A stretch of 63,268 nt of DNA, counting the filler, from Asterionella formosa (lineage: Eukaryota): the NCBI GenBank assembly GCA_002256025.1. It is 21 parts of 21 records of this genome, joined end to end, with 100 filler letters (N's around TTAATTAATTAA, not from the genome) between each part and the next. Parts side by side here need not be neighbours in the genome. Positions count along the whole stretch, not along the records: positions 16,124 to 43,598 come from NKIB01001482.1; positions 43,699 to 45,388 come from NKIB01001483.1; positions 45,489 to 47,178 come from NKIB01001484.1; positions 47,279 to 48,967 come from NKIB01001485.1; positions 49,068 to 50,756 come from NKIB01001486.1; 16 more parts are not named here. One strand, written 5' to 3'. The position numbers were made by a program, and so were the translations under genes. Shown piece by piece: positions 38,921-50,856 of this stretch. Under the pieces are notes generated by a model. It was given only the letters and a program-made list of their open reading frames with translations, did not search any database and was not told the origin of the DNA. The number at the start of each line of letters is the position of its first letter. Position 1 is the first letter of the stretch.

Positions 38921-39559
38921 CTACATCAAGTCATGACTCGTTTCATAGCTGGCTCCGGGCACCTTGTGATCGGATGGCATCCCTTGAGATTCATAAACAG
39001 TCTCGACTGCTTGTCGTTTCATTTTCATCCCCTTTCCTTTGAGGCCAACGAAGGAAAGTTCGGTAGCCAGCAATCCATCATCGTCATAGTTGTCCATAAA
39101 GAAAATCGTCAAGGAGTAAATGCTTTGAAAGCGTCCCGCCGGTCGTACTGGATAATCAATCGTGCCCTCCACGTCGTGATGAGGAGGCAGCAACTCCAAC
39201 GTCATTTGAGGAACAAGCTCTCGTGCTGTGTCAAAATCCAAGTCATCTCGATTCGTAAAGAGTCGAATGGTCTTGGGAGATGCCGTATCTTGAGACGCAA
39301 CCACAGATCGTATCGACACGGACTGGAGAGTTACTGATTCCGTAAAGGGTATGTACAGCAACAATTCTGGATCACCTTCAGGTGACAAGAGGGATGGCGA
39401 GATGGACAGTCGTTCTTCGTGCAGCTTTAAGACTCGTTTGCCGGAGTCGACAGTGTCTTCGTTGAGACAAAACACGCGAGGAAAGTCAATGAGCGGACGA
39501 AGGGATCGACCGAGCTCGTCTTCATGGTCGTGATCGTGGGAATGACCAGTGCACTCCAT
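38921..39559 (-). CDS. PITHD1: PITH domain-containing protein
   Basis: His-rich N-terminus, CLNE, DPELLLYIPFT, PKTIRLFTNRDDLDFD, FVGLKG and AVETVYES. Confidence 0.9.
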   Translation of the reverse strand: MECTGHSHDHDHEDELGRSLRPLIDFPRVFCLNEDTVDSGKRVLKLHEERLSISPSLLSPEGDPELLLYIPFTESVTLQSVSIRSVVASQDTASPKTIRLFTNRDDLDFDTARELVPQMTLELLPPHHDVEGTIDYPVRPAGRFQSIYSLTIFFMDNYDDDGLLATELSFVGLKGKGMKMKRQAVETVYESQGMPSDHKVPGASYETSHDLM

Positions 39560-40776
39560 TTTGTTGGTTCGATGTAGACTACAGGTACCGGTAACAGACT
39601 AACTAAATAATAATAATTTATGACACTACCACCCAGTTTTAACAGGTTTACCGCTACCGTAAAACCCGGTCTCGTTTACACCACATGTGTACACAGCCAC
39701 GATTGAGTTTACTTAGAGGGGGGGGGGGAAATGACACCCACCCTCTTTTGATCGTCAAACATTATGAGCAAACGCTTACCAACTACACAACCGCTGTCTC
39801 CATAGTCTAAAACATTAATGACAACATTAACAGAGATATTGTTTCAGGTTGAAACAGTTTCTAGGATTAATTGAATGTCCATTTTTGGTGCACTGGCATG
39901 CCCAAATTTCGTCAATGCTTCAATACCCCCAGTCATTCCTAGGCAGGGTGTGTACACTTCTGTACCTAATTCTACAATTGTAATAATTTGTGTAGGTTCT
40001 ATGGCTTGGATCATGATAGAAATTGAGGTTAGCCAACCAAATGATTTTTTGCAGTTTCATCAGCATGACAACCAAGAATTGTCTGTGCATGAGACAGAAG
40101 AAAAATAATAAACAATATCAAGGCAACACCTGAGCATATTTGGTTCAGCCAAATCAGATCCAGAGCTGGACATTGTCTAAGTTGGATGGTGCAATGGTTG
40201 GGTTTCCGGCAGTGGTGGCGGAGATTCCCCTCCAGGAGAATGTTTGAGTCATAGGCAGGTGTTGGTGAAAAAGTGTGCCCACCTGAGCATCTCAGTAAAA
40301 AGGAGACTGTTACTAACGACAGATGAATAGGACAAGAAGTGGATGCCACGAATCATTAGATTGTCTAATTTCTAATCATTTTTATTCAGTAATTCCATGT
40401 TGTCATATCTATCATTGTCAGTTCATTAAGATTTTTAGGAAACAAAATACAATAGAAAACATACAAATTGGTGATTTTCAAGCCCCCTCCCCCTATGTCT
40501 CGAGTAAATGATAATGTTTCTGTCCCATTTCTAGCCCTTTGCCTAGAGCAAGAAAGGTGATTATCAGCCCTAGGACTGCAGTTTTGCAATAAATTATATT
40601 TCCTGCTATCACAATATCAAGACTTCTATGCCTTTAAGATTGATAGGTGTTCGTACTTTGCTAATAGCGGTAGTGGACTCGCATAGCTGCAAGTCGTGCA
40701 TACGGTGCAAATTTGCAAAGGAACTGTGCTACCCAAACTTCACTTGTACCCAAAACAAATATAATGAGCGCATTGT

Positions 40777-42201
40777 TTACAACTCCCTGCGCCCCTTTTC
40801 CCTCCGTCCCGACCACAAGCAGAACTGAATGACCATGATATTGCTCAGCACAAAGAATAGCGCCGCGTAAGTGAACTGGCGCAAATCAATTTCGTGATCT
40901 TGGTCATACTTGTCCAATAGTTTACTGTAGCGAGTGGTACGTCCAGTACTATCGCTTTCCTGCTCCGATGCCACTGGTTCATTATTACTTGGAACTCCAT
41001 TCAATTTTGTCAAACGTTCTGCCCATCGCTTATCGTGGACGTGAAATTTCTGCATCCGTTCTCTGGCATCCTGTGGCATATGCTTCTTTGCTTCTTGTTC
41101 TAAGCCTTCCTCCACGTTGGCTTCTAATTCGCTCAATTCATGGAGGGGCTGAATCTTGTGCCTAGCATTCCGGTGAATATCCCGTCGATCGAATTGCTGT
41201 TCCATTCGTTCTTTCATTTGTTCATACTTATCTGGGTGCAAGCGTTCCTTCATTCGTTCCAAATAGGCCAGTTTCTTGTCCTTATAATTCGCCGACCCTG
41301 TTGGCAAACTCTTTCCCTTCAAGGCTTCCATCCTATCGTTGCCGGTGTGCAAATCTTCTCTAAATTTTCTAATTCTTTCGTCAATTTCCTTGGGTAGCTT
41401 AAGTCCAAGGTTTGCAAATTCAGCCACATTTGATAACTTAGCAAGCTTTTCCTTTATAGTGTCACTAGCCACCTTGTCTTTCAATCCTTCGTGCAGCTGA
41501 TGAGATAAATCTCCAATATCGGCTTCTTCGTCATCCCCAAGTTCTTCTGCAACGTCTACACGTTCATGTATTTCCGCTTCTACTTCTTCTTCGGTTTCAT
41601 GGGCGTTGTCGCTTGGTATTTGTTTTGTATCCTCAACACCTTCTGTTTTATCGTTTGCTGCTTCCTTGGCCTCACCAACCAAACCCTTCTTAAAGGCTTC
41701 ATTAATTGCAGCTCCCACTTGAGATGGGTCCGTTTCCAATGTCAAAACATCTGTCAACTGCACTGCTTCATGTCCTGTCGCCCATCCTCCCCATACCTTG
41801 ACCGGTAATGTATCAATAACGAGTTTGTGCACTTCACTAACACTACTTGATTTGCCTCCCACGCGTTTCTGATGATCGCATCGTCCATTTTCGAATCGTG
41901 CCCCCTCAGATGTTTCTATCACATACTGAACATCCGCGTGTCGATTGGGGTTCCTAAAGTATAGTTCGACAGTGCTGCCCACGAGCACGGCTTGGCCATT
42001 GTCCTTGATATCAATGTACATGGACTTGTCCGACGACTCGGTGAAGGGTACAACCGGATTGTTCATAATGACTTCAGATGGATCTAGATCTGTCATGCAA
42101 CCAACAGCAGTGTCAATGAAATGGCCAGGAAAGGCCAGTGTCATTGGTATAGCACATGCGGCGACGAGAAGCACCAACAGAGGTGGAGAATAACTTGGCA
42201 T
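40777..42201 (-). CDS. Type I membrane protein with reeler-like N-terminal domain and charged stalk
   Basis: Signal peptide from MPSYSPP, C...VIMN...QYVIET...RFENGRC...GGWATGHEAV, acidic then basic stalk, and a C-terminal TM helix with basic tail. Confidence 0.75.
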   Translation of the reverse strand: MPSYSPPLLVLLVAACAIPMTLAFPGHFIDTAVGCMTDLDPSEVIMNNPVVPFTESSDKSMYIDIKDNGQAVLVGSTVELYFRNPNRHADVQYVIETSEGARFENGRCDHQKRVGGKSSSVSEVHKLVIDTLPVKVWGGWATGHEAVQLTDVLTLETDPSQVGAAINEAFKKGLVGEAKEAANDKTEGVEDTKQIPSDNAHETEEEVEAEIHERVDVAEELGDDEEADIGDLSHQLHEGLKDKVASDTIKEKLAKLSNVAEFANLGLKLPKEIDERIRKFREDLHTGNDRMEALKGKSLPTGSANYKDKKLAYLERMKERLHPDKYEQMKERMEQQFDRRDIHRNARHKIQPLHELSELEANVEEGLEQEAKKHMPQDARERMQKFHVHDKRWAERLTKLNGVPSNNEPVASEQESDSTGRTTRYSKLLDKYDQDHEIDLRQFTYAALFFVLSNIMVIQFCLWSGRREKGRREL

Positions 42202-43900
42202 TCGTTTTTTGTGTAGCCACGCTCGGAGATGACTTATTTGAATGCCTGATGGGAAAAACGAGGAGGGAGGATCAAAGGCTAATAAGTACTGTGTGCAAAC
42301 CAGCAACGAAGGATGGAACAAGGAGCGATCTGATCAGATCAGCCAATTTGATTCTGTGTGTCGCACATCAAATCATACCGCTTGTAAAAAGGCAGTCGTG
42401 AAAAATCACAGATCGAGCGTTCCGTTTTCCAAAGCACCCGGATATTCATAAGCCCCTCAGCGCCACTCAGCCCATCGTCGAAGCATAAAAATACTCTGAG
42501 CACAAAGCAGGCTAGTACGGTGATGGTAATATATAAAATAATGATGCTTCCATTTCATACAATGATGCCTCTTGAGCCATGTGCCGGTATTTCTGTTTTT
42601 TCACATTCACCATCCTAAGGTCTCCAATGATGAGATTATTGCTTGCCAAAACAATTCAAAAGTTCGACGGAAAGGACCAAGAACTTGAATGGTTTTGAAC
42701 ATTCGTCTTTGATTTGTTCGTAGTCTACAAACAAATATATATCCCACACAGCGAAGGATGGGGTAAGTTTTGAATATATGTCTCTTTTGTGCATTCCGAG
42801 ACAAAAGAAACGAATGCGGATGACGGCCTTAAGAAACATCGAGAATGATTGCGCATGTACATATACACAATGATAGGTCATCAGATTCTCGTGTACAACG
42901 TCAAAATGGCCTCAGTGCAACGTAGAATACCATTGATGAGAAACTATAGAAGCGAATGACTCGAAACCATTAAACTAGGGATGGAATTCTCACATGATTA
43001 TTACTAACACGTTAATTATTTTCTCTAGAAATGAATGCCACATGCGTCTGTTATTGAAACCCATGAATGGCAATGGACAATTTTCACTCCATGTACATGC
43101 AAGACTAAGGTCTCAAAATAGGTACATGGATGGGAAATACAGTGGCAAGAACTTTCAATAACAAAAGCCAAGCCGGGATCGATTGTAAATTCTTCACGAG
43201 CGAGAGCTATTAGAAGTGCTGCTCCTTGGCCTAACATAAAATGAAACTACCATGTGTTCTGATTCATTTTTGAGATTTTTCTGCTATCGCAGGAGTGGCT
43301 ACATCAGATGAAATGGAATGGATGCGAGCGGAGGTCGATGATATGTTTTATCATAGGGAGAGTCGTCTACAGCTATAACATGCTAATTGGCAAGAGTCGA
43401 TGTCCCGAGTGCTATACTGTTATTCATATACCCGGTATGCTACTCCAGTACACAATTGTATTGCTATACTGAGTTGGTAGATGCTACGTATCTGTAGCTC
43501 TCACGCAGTAAAATTTGCTAGAAAAATGTTTCTACACAATTTGTTTGTTTTACTTTGTTTGCTAATAATTGTTTTTATAAAAGAGTGAGCTTAATGTANN
43601 NNNNNNNNNNNNNNNNNNNNNNNNNNNNNNNNNNNNNNNNNNTTAATTAATTAANNNNNNNNNNNNNNNNNNNNNNNNNNNNNNNNNNNNNNNNNNNNCA
43701 CCAAACAAGCAACCCTGATCATTCCATTCTGAGCAAGCGTGATCGCCACGCTGCTCCAGAACTATTGACTCTCTCTAGCTGAGTATTCATGTAGCTTCTG
43801 ATACGAACTCGTAGTAGAAATGTAGCAAAGCGCATTAGTACAAGAAAAGCATTGCTTGGCGGCAATATTGACATCATTGTCAACGACTATACCAATCAAC

Positions 43901-45042
43901 AAATATGATCAACAATGGCACAATACCACATCTTCAATGAGTAGTCATTGATAAATGCATTGGTTCTTATGTAGATATGTACAATCGAAACAAAACGACA
44001 GTGCGTAATGACAAACAACGATGGAAGCGATCAAAACAAACCACGGAAGCAATCAAATCGGAAAGTCGATAAATACGATCTACAATCCACATTCAGTATT
44101 GCACTGTTGTACTCACCGATCCGCTTCAACTAGCATAACAAGCAGCAGACGATGGGATCAAAGAAAGACGAATCTTGCCTATAGCAAGCCCGAATAGAGC
44201 AAAGGCAGGCAAGATAGAGTGAGAACTATATTTGTGAGGACGAAATTGGGCATACGGTACGTGAAATCAATGAATATGTGAACGATATAATTCAACATTT
44301 CAGGTCTCGTAAAAATAATACCGAGTCTACAGAGATAATATTATTACGTGTTCAAAGGAAGCGTTAAAGCATAGCTTTAACCATGCATGGTTGTTTTTAG
44401 TACCACGTATGTATGTAGACTAGATGACCACCGGTATCGGTAGAATATCCGTTAAGCATCATCACATACATGACCGGAGCAAAAACTTGCCACCAACATT
44501 AGATGTATCGATATCATCGTTCGTCCGACGAAATATGGACGATGCGACTACCGGTACATGAATACCTCGAGAAGACAAGCAATCCAACAATCAACCGCAT
44601 CCTTTAGGCAAAGAGTCGCTACTGGCATCATCGCGGAACTGATTTCGCTTCAAACCGGTCATGATGGACAACGATTGGCATGGTGAAAGGTGAATTGCCG
44701 GAGTCCACTTTTCATTAGACGAACAAAAACGAGGTGAATTCTAGATATAAATTATTAGAATCTGTATAGTATATAAAATGGTTTCCTTAAGTAGACCCCT
44801 TGCCGATTTCGGCAATCCCAGGGCTGGAAAAGCGAGGGGCAATTGGTGTCTGTTGTCTTGCCAAAATGCGAACATATGAAATATACAAAATATATTTTAA
44901 TGATGGGCAATATCGGACCTTTGGCAATTTTTCGAGGTGAAGATAGGAAATAAACAAAATATATTTTATATGATGGGCAATAGTAGGCTAAAATTGACAT
45001 GTATGCTAAATTTGTGGGCAGGAGGTAAGGGAATGACGCGAC
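43901..45042. repeat. Dispersed ~1.14-kb repeat, copy A (copy B at 54434-55567)
   Basis: Colinear and over 90% identical by eye. Contains ~40-bp direct repeats (AAAATATATTTT..TGATGGGCAATA). Homology ends at GAATGACGCGAC. Confidence 0.92.
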
Positions 45043-45044
45043 CG

Positions 45045-45162
45045 GCGCCACTCGTACAGTCAACCTACTCGCGCCACCCAGCCTCAAACACATGTATACT
45101 CGCAGGCAAGAGACCACCTCGGGCGTGTATTGCCTTCAGCAATCCCCACCCTAGCTATCGTC
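45045..45162 (-). other. Arm 1 of an imperfect inverted repeat, complementary to 55565-55681
   Basis: The reverse complement aligns to 55565-55681 in blocks (GACGATAGCTAG, CAATAC, CTTGCCT, GTATACATGTGT, GGCTGGG, GTAGG). Confidence 0.85.
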
Positions 45163-45488
45163 TTGCTTTTCGATGAGAACTGTTTTTGTCAAAGTAATTT
45201 TTGATGACTTTAAGTAATATTTTTATTTAGGGGCAATATGGGGCATAGTGGATTTTTTGGCAGTCAATTTTAAGTTTGAGCAGCAGGGACCATCGAGCAA
45301 AGTCACGAGTAGAATTTTCATGGGAAAAAGTTCGGACACATCAAAAATGCATGGACCACCGATTGCCGGTATATGCATGAAAAGTAGTNNNNNNNNNNNN
45401 NNNNNNNNNNNNNNNNNNNNNNNNNNNNNNNNTTAATTAATTAANNNNNNNNNNNNNNNNNNNNNNNNNNNNNNNNNNNNNNNNNNNN

Positions 45489-47178
45489 AAAACTGAGACG
45501 CTAGATTTCAAACGTGATCATTCAGATGTTTTGTACTATTTCCAAGGAACTCGTGGAATTTACCCAGGTGGGAGTGATATCTTATCTGCAGAGGTCATCA
45601 CAACGAAATTGACCAGTATGGACATTAATGAAGCTCACGCTAAATACGGACATATTGGGGAAGCGGCATTGCGGGCTACTATGAAATCGCTTGGTATCAA
45701 AATGACAGGTGTGATGTATACATGTGAAGGATGTGCGCTAGCTAAGGCTAAAGCAAAAAGTGTTCCTAAAATCACTATGAGCAAGGCTACTCAACCGGGC
45801 GAACGTTTGTGCACAGATATCAGCGGTCCATATAAAAAGTCGATTTTAGGAAATGACTATTGGATCCTTGTTGTTGATGATTACACCGGAAAATCTTGGA
45901 GTTTCTTTGTTAAGAAGAAGTCACAGCTTGCTTCAAAGATTGAAGATTTGTTGACTAAACTCAAAACGGCTGAGTATGTTACCAAGTTTCTCCGTTGTGA
46001 CAATGCGGGTGAAAACGTCTCAGGTTTGACAAAACTATGCGAGAAATTCAATATTCAAATCGAATTTACGGCACCCTACACACCACAACAGAATGGAATT
46101 GTGGAGCGAAAGTTTGTAACCATTCGTCAACGAGCATGTGCAGCAATGTTTGCTGCAAAATTTAATGATGAATTTCAAGGTTTACTTTGGGCAGAGGCCA
46201 TCAACACCAACACACGAATCACGAACATTGTGGCCACATCTAATGATGTAAAAAGTGCAGATGAGAAGTTTTACAAAAAGGTTCCAATGATTTATGATCA
46301 TCTAATGCATTTTGGCAGGATCGGATGGGTAAAAATTGGTGCTAAGAAAACAAATAAACTCGAAGAAAAGGCCATTAAATGTGTGATGGTTGGTTATTCT
46401 CATGATCATGCTGGAGACACTTACCGAATGTTTAACCCTCAGACAAGAAAGATTTTAAATAGTCGAAACATTCGCTGGGCTGATTGGCATGGCCAAACAA
46501 GTCCAATCGCAGGTTTGAGGGATTTCAATGTGGAAGGGGACACAGAAGTGGTTGTTATTCCAATTGATGATGCAAAGCAGGACGAAGATGTTCTTCCTGT
46601 TGTGCCACCTATCCAGCAGGATGTTGATTTGGAAACACCTGTTCCAGTTGTGAAACAAACAAGATTTCAGCTATCCGAAGCAGTGGGGAAGTTAGGTGAT
46701 GAGATCAACAAAGATGCTTCGAAGAAAGCAAAATTGGAACGAGAATTGAAACGCCTTGATGGTTGGAAAGAAGTTACTGGCAAACGCAGTGCTCGGCGCA
46801 GCTTACAACTAGATGACAAGGACAAAGGATCAATTGAAGAAATAGATTATTCTGAAGCGGCCTATCAAGATGATGATGAACTATTTCAAAGTGAAGAAGG
46901 AGTAGAGAGGTTCTATGCATATTCTACAACGCTTGCTTCCGATCCTGGGGAGCCAAAGCATTACAAGGAGGCTATGAAAGGAGACGAGAGCAAGCAGTGG
47001 ACCGTTGCTATTAAAAATGAAATCAACAATTTCTACAAGCGAAATGTTTGGAAAATGGTTCCTCGTGACAATCTCAAGGGCAGAAAACCCTTAGGCACAC
47101 GCTGGGTATTCAAGAAGAAATCCGAGCAGGATAAGAGTATTCGATACAAAGGACGTATTGTAGTGAAAGGCTACGTTC
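45489..47178 (+). mobile_element. Ty1/copia pol fragment (integrase to RT start), open frame
   Basis: Same family and same contig ends as 1794-3486, but uninterrupted. Confidence 0.95.
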
Positions 47179-47845
47179 NNNNNNNNNNNNNNNNNNNNNN
47201 NNNNNNNNNNNNNNNNNNNNNNTTAATTAATTAANNNNNNNNNNNNNNNNNNNNNNNNNNNNNNNNNNNNNNNNNNNNAGGGACGAAAATAGGAAGATTA
47301 AATTAAACGCCCAACAGGTATCCGGGCGACTCAATCTTCGTAATCCGGGCACTGCATGACACCTGCAAGTTGCCGTAATATTGCTGATACTAAATTTATT
47401 TAGCTATCTTTATCCGAAATTAAAATGTTTGTTTATGCAAAATGAGCGCTACTTGGTGAATAGAATATAAAATGAAAAGATTCGATTGCCGTATGGTATT
47501 TTCAGAGTGTGTCTGTTAGGCTGTTGATGTCGACAGGTGTCCAAAGACTAGGTAGTCTGAGGAATGTCTAAACGGAAATAGACAGGATTTCTATAGTAGA
47601 CATTCCAGGGCACGCTAGAGTAGGCGCCATATATTTTAACATGGTACCAGGTCGTGCGGTATTTAAGGGCGGTGGATACGAATTATATTCCGACCATGAT
47701 TCCAAACTGGTGAAAGACAGCTGTATCATGACTCAACTACGGTAAATTCGTCCATGACGATTGAACAAACAACCATGCCACATCATGAATTAAGAAATAT
47801 TTATAACCAAAGCGAGCCTTAACCAAATTCAACTTCCCAAAAACG

Positions 47846-48417
47846 ATGATGCGTCAAATCTCCCAATCCCTGTTGTTTGCCCTCACCATTTTCTTCTTAG
47901 AAGTGTTTCCGTCCCAAGCGACATTGAGTGTTACATGCGACAAAGAAACGTTGGCATTACGTGAAAACGCAACCCTAAAAGAACTTCAACGTGTAGTCTA
48001 TGCAAGTGTTTATGCGATTTAAATGCATGTTCCAAGCGTTTCGTCACTGTTTTTGAAAAAGAGCATAATTTGAATTTCACAGAAGCATGCAATGCAACAG
48101 GCGGAAAGATTCTCTCTCATAATTTAACCTTTAATTGTTCCGATAAAATAAAGGAGTACTCGAGATATGATCTAAGGTTCATCAAAGATGATGCTATTTG
48201 TGTGAGCAATAAATGTAATGCAAGCGAAGAGATGGAAATTCTTGTTAATTTTTCTGACTATCGCTATCCATTCATGGCTTCAACCACCGACGCAATCACT
48301 GCTGTGGTTTCGAGCTGCAACTTAATTGAGGAAACAAGCGGATCCAGTCACTGTGATGCCTACTTCGGATTGATCATATTTCTTTTCTCATCGCTTCTAG
48401 GTTTCTTGTTCTACTGA
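47846..48417 (+). pseudogene. Cys-containing secreted/surface protein with C-terminal hydrophobic (GPI-like) tail, one frameshift
   Basis: MMRQISQSLLFALTIFFLEVFPSQA...CDKETLAL stops near 48020. The -1 frame continues DLNACSK...EACNATGG...AICVSNKC...LLGFLFY. Confidence 0.7.
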
Positions 48418-49067
48418 ATAGTCATGCTGATAATTTCTGCGCGGATTCTTTTCATTCCAATATCAGTTCGGCACATTCATGTTAGTGTAACAACAGCAAA
48501 CTCATTCTTCATAAGTACAAGTTAATCCAAAGTCCTACTTTATGATCCATTTCCCTTGCATTTGATTTAGATTCTTCGGAAGGTTTTGGACAGAAGTTTT
48601 CATTGATGTAGCCTAATCGAACCTTTGAACTTTGGTCGAAGCATGGTAGTCATGCCAATTCTAATTAATTACGAATCTTTTGAGAAGAGTTGACCAATGG
48701 TAGAATGCAGATCATTAATTTGAATATGACAGCGAAAGTATCACATCCATATCTTCAGCATAAGTGAGTGTCCTTCATTCCAGCTTCATTATTTAGTTTT
48801 TATGACTATTTGAAATCATTCGCAGTATTAAGATCAACAATACTGTATTTATGCTAAGCTCGTAGTTCCACGTCGTGCAGATCGTTTCACTGGCTTTGTA
48901 TGTATTGCTTACATGCTGTCATGTATAAGAACTATTAGCAATAGTAATCAGTCATGAAAGCAGAAGCNNNNNNNNNNNNNNNNNNNNNNNNNNNNNNNNN
49001 NNNNNNNNNNNTTAATTAATTAANNNNNNNNNNNNNNNNNNNNNNNNNNNNNNNNNNNNNNNNNNNN

Positions 49068-50078
49068 GAAAATTCTAAATTCACCATGGAGCCAGTTTTG
49101 TTTTCTCTTGGGATTTTCCGTACAACTGTAAGGAACAAAGTCATTGCTTGGCTTTCCCTTGGTCTAATACCAAAACTTGATGGTCAGAGTCTTGCATTGA
49201 ACAAAAATATGACTGCCGACGATAAGTGCAAGGATTATCACACAATTTTGGCAATTATATTGTCGGGAGTTCAAGAGACTCAGAAATCTGGTGGCTTCAA
49301 CTATAATTTCAATTTCCATGGCAAACAGCATAGCCTGGTTGTAAAGGTACCGGTCGGGTTGGTGCTTGGCGATGCGGAAGGATTGGACAATCAGTGTGGG
49401 AGGATTAAATATTACCTGAAAACTTTTCGTCTCTGTCGGGAATGTGATTGTTCATACGACAAATTAGATAAACCATCAATCAAATGCTCTCCAGTAGGGC
49501 AAGTGGGTTATGCTGCCCTATTAGGAATGAACGACAAAACACTAATGGATGCCGTGTCACAACGTTTTATTACACCTTGCTGGTATGCGCTGGATTTTGG
49601 TGGAGATCCATTGGGAATCAATGGCCATTGCCCTCCTGAAAAGTTGCACTCAATACATGAGGGAATGATGCGTTATCTCATTCTTCTGTTCTCGGTAAAG
49701 TTCGGCACTGTTACCTCTGCTCAGGGGTTGAAAAATAGAACCGCTTTTGATACATTGTTCATAAAAGTGTCAAAGATGATGCAACATCAAAGCGATCGGG
49801 ATATGCCAAGGTGCAATTTTCATGGTGGATTCCATGGATGTTTTCCAAAGATTACAAGAAATGAAACCGTTGGGGTAATGCTTGTTGCTTGTTTGGTAAT
49901 GGCTACAGACGCCGGAATCAAGCTTTGCAAGGATGAGGTTGGAATGTCAATGCAGGAAATAAAAGACATCCAAATAATTTTCGAGGGCATGGTTTGTTAT
50001 AATTCCTGGTTCAGCCAAGAAAGTTACGCAAAGGCCAAAGCGAGCGTTGGTCAATGTGTACGACAGGGTCTCCAATAA
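49068..50078 (+). mobile_element. Plavaka-type (CACTA/Mirage/Chapaev-related) transposase fragment
   Basis: EPVLFSLGIF...RN...AW..LG.IP, GDAEGLDNQCGR, CRECDC, PPEKLH...EG and HQSDRDMPR. Recognised from motif pattern only. Confidence 0.75.
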
Positions 50079-50145
50079 ATCAGTTCTCGACCATGCCCGG
50101 AAGCCTTCCGAAATCAAGAAAATCGTTCCTTGCGTCTGCAAATAA

Positions 50146-50756
50146 AAAGTCGGTGTCCGTGTCATCCTCATCAATAGAGAGACAAGTTCTTTCGTTGGAA
50201 AAATTGGTACCGTATCCTATCTCGGTTTAAAAAAATCAATGGTGATCTCGAACAGCCTACGTGCATCCCGACTTGGAAGAATTATCCCCATTCTTCCAGT
50301 TCCACTTCCTGAGAACACATATTGGGTTGTGGTTAAATGGAGACTTCGAGTACTGCTTGATCAGCATCGTGACCACACTCACCGTATTTTACTTCGTCAT
50401 TTCCTACAAGGTCATGTCGAAGATACCGTGAATGCGGACCTTGATAGTTTATTGGACGTCATGTTTAGGAGACTGGAGTCAGTGAATTCGTCAACTTTCA
50501 TTAAAAAGAAGGGCGGAAAAAAGATTGGATGGCATGCACTTGTTATTGATCATAGCAATGTCAAGTTTGCTAGAAGCTTTGTTGATGAGGTTTGGCCTTC
50601 GAACCAATGTGACCGCATTAAACATCTCAACATTTTCTTACCAAAAGTTGCAGACGCGATGAAAACTGTTCATTTGATTATTGATGATGATTTCATGCTA
50701 CAGATTGAAGGGACTCTATCTTCCAAGATATTTTTGTTGAATTTGTCTTTCCTCCC
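50146..50756 (+). CDS. Hypothetical ORF, 3'-partial
   Basis: Frame is open from 50146 to the contig end. No family recognised. Confidence 0.35.
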
Positions 50757-50856
50757 NNNNNNNNNNNNNNNNNNNNNNNNNNNNNNNNNNNNNNNNNNNN
50801 TTAATTAATTAANNNNNNNNNNNNNNNNNNNNNNNNNNNNNNNNNNNNNNNNNNNN

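Noticed and set aside
47279..47318. Possible LTR 3' end (...CCCAACA)
   Set aside because: Only 40 bp at a contig edge, with no recognisable PBS and no matching LTR in the window.
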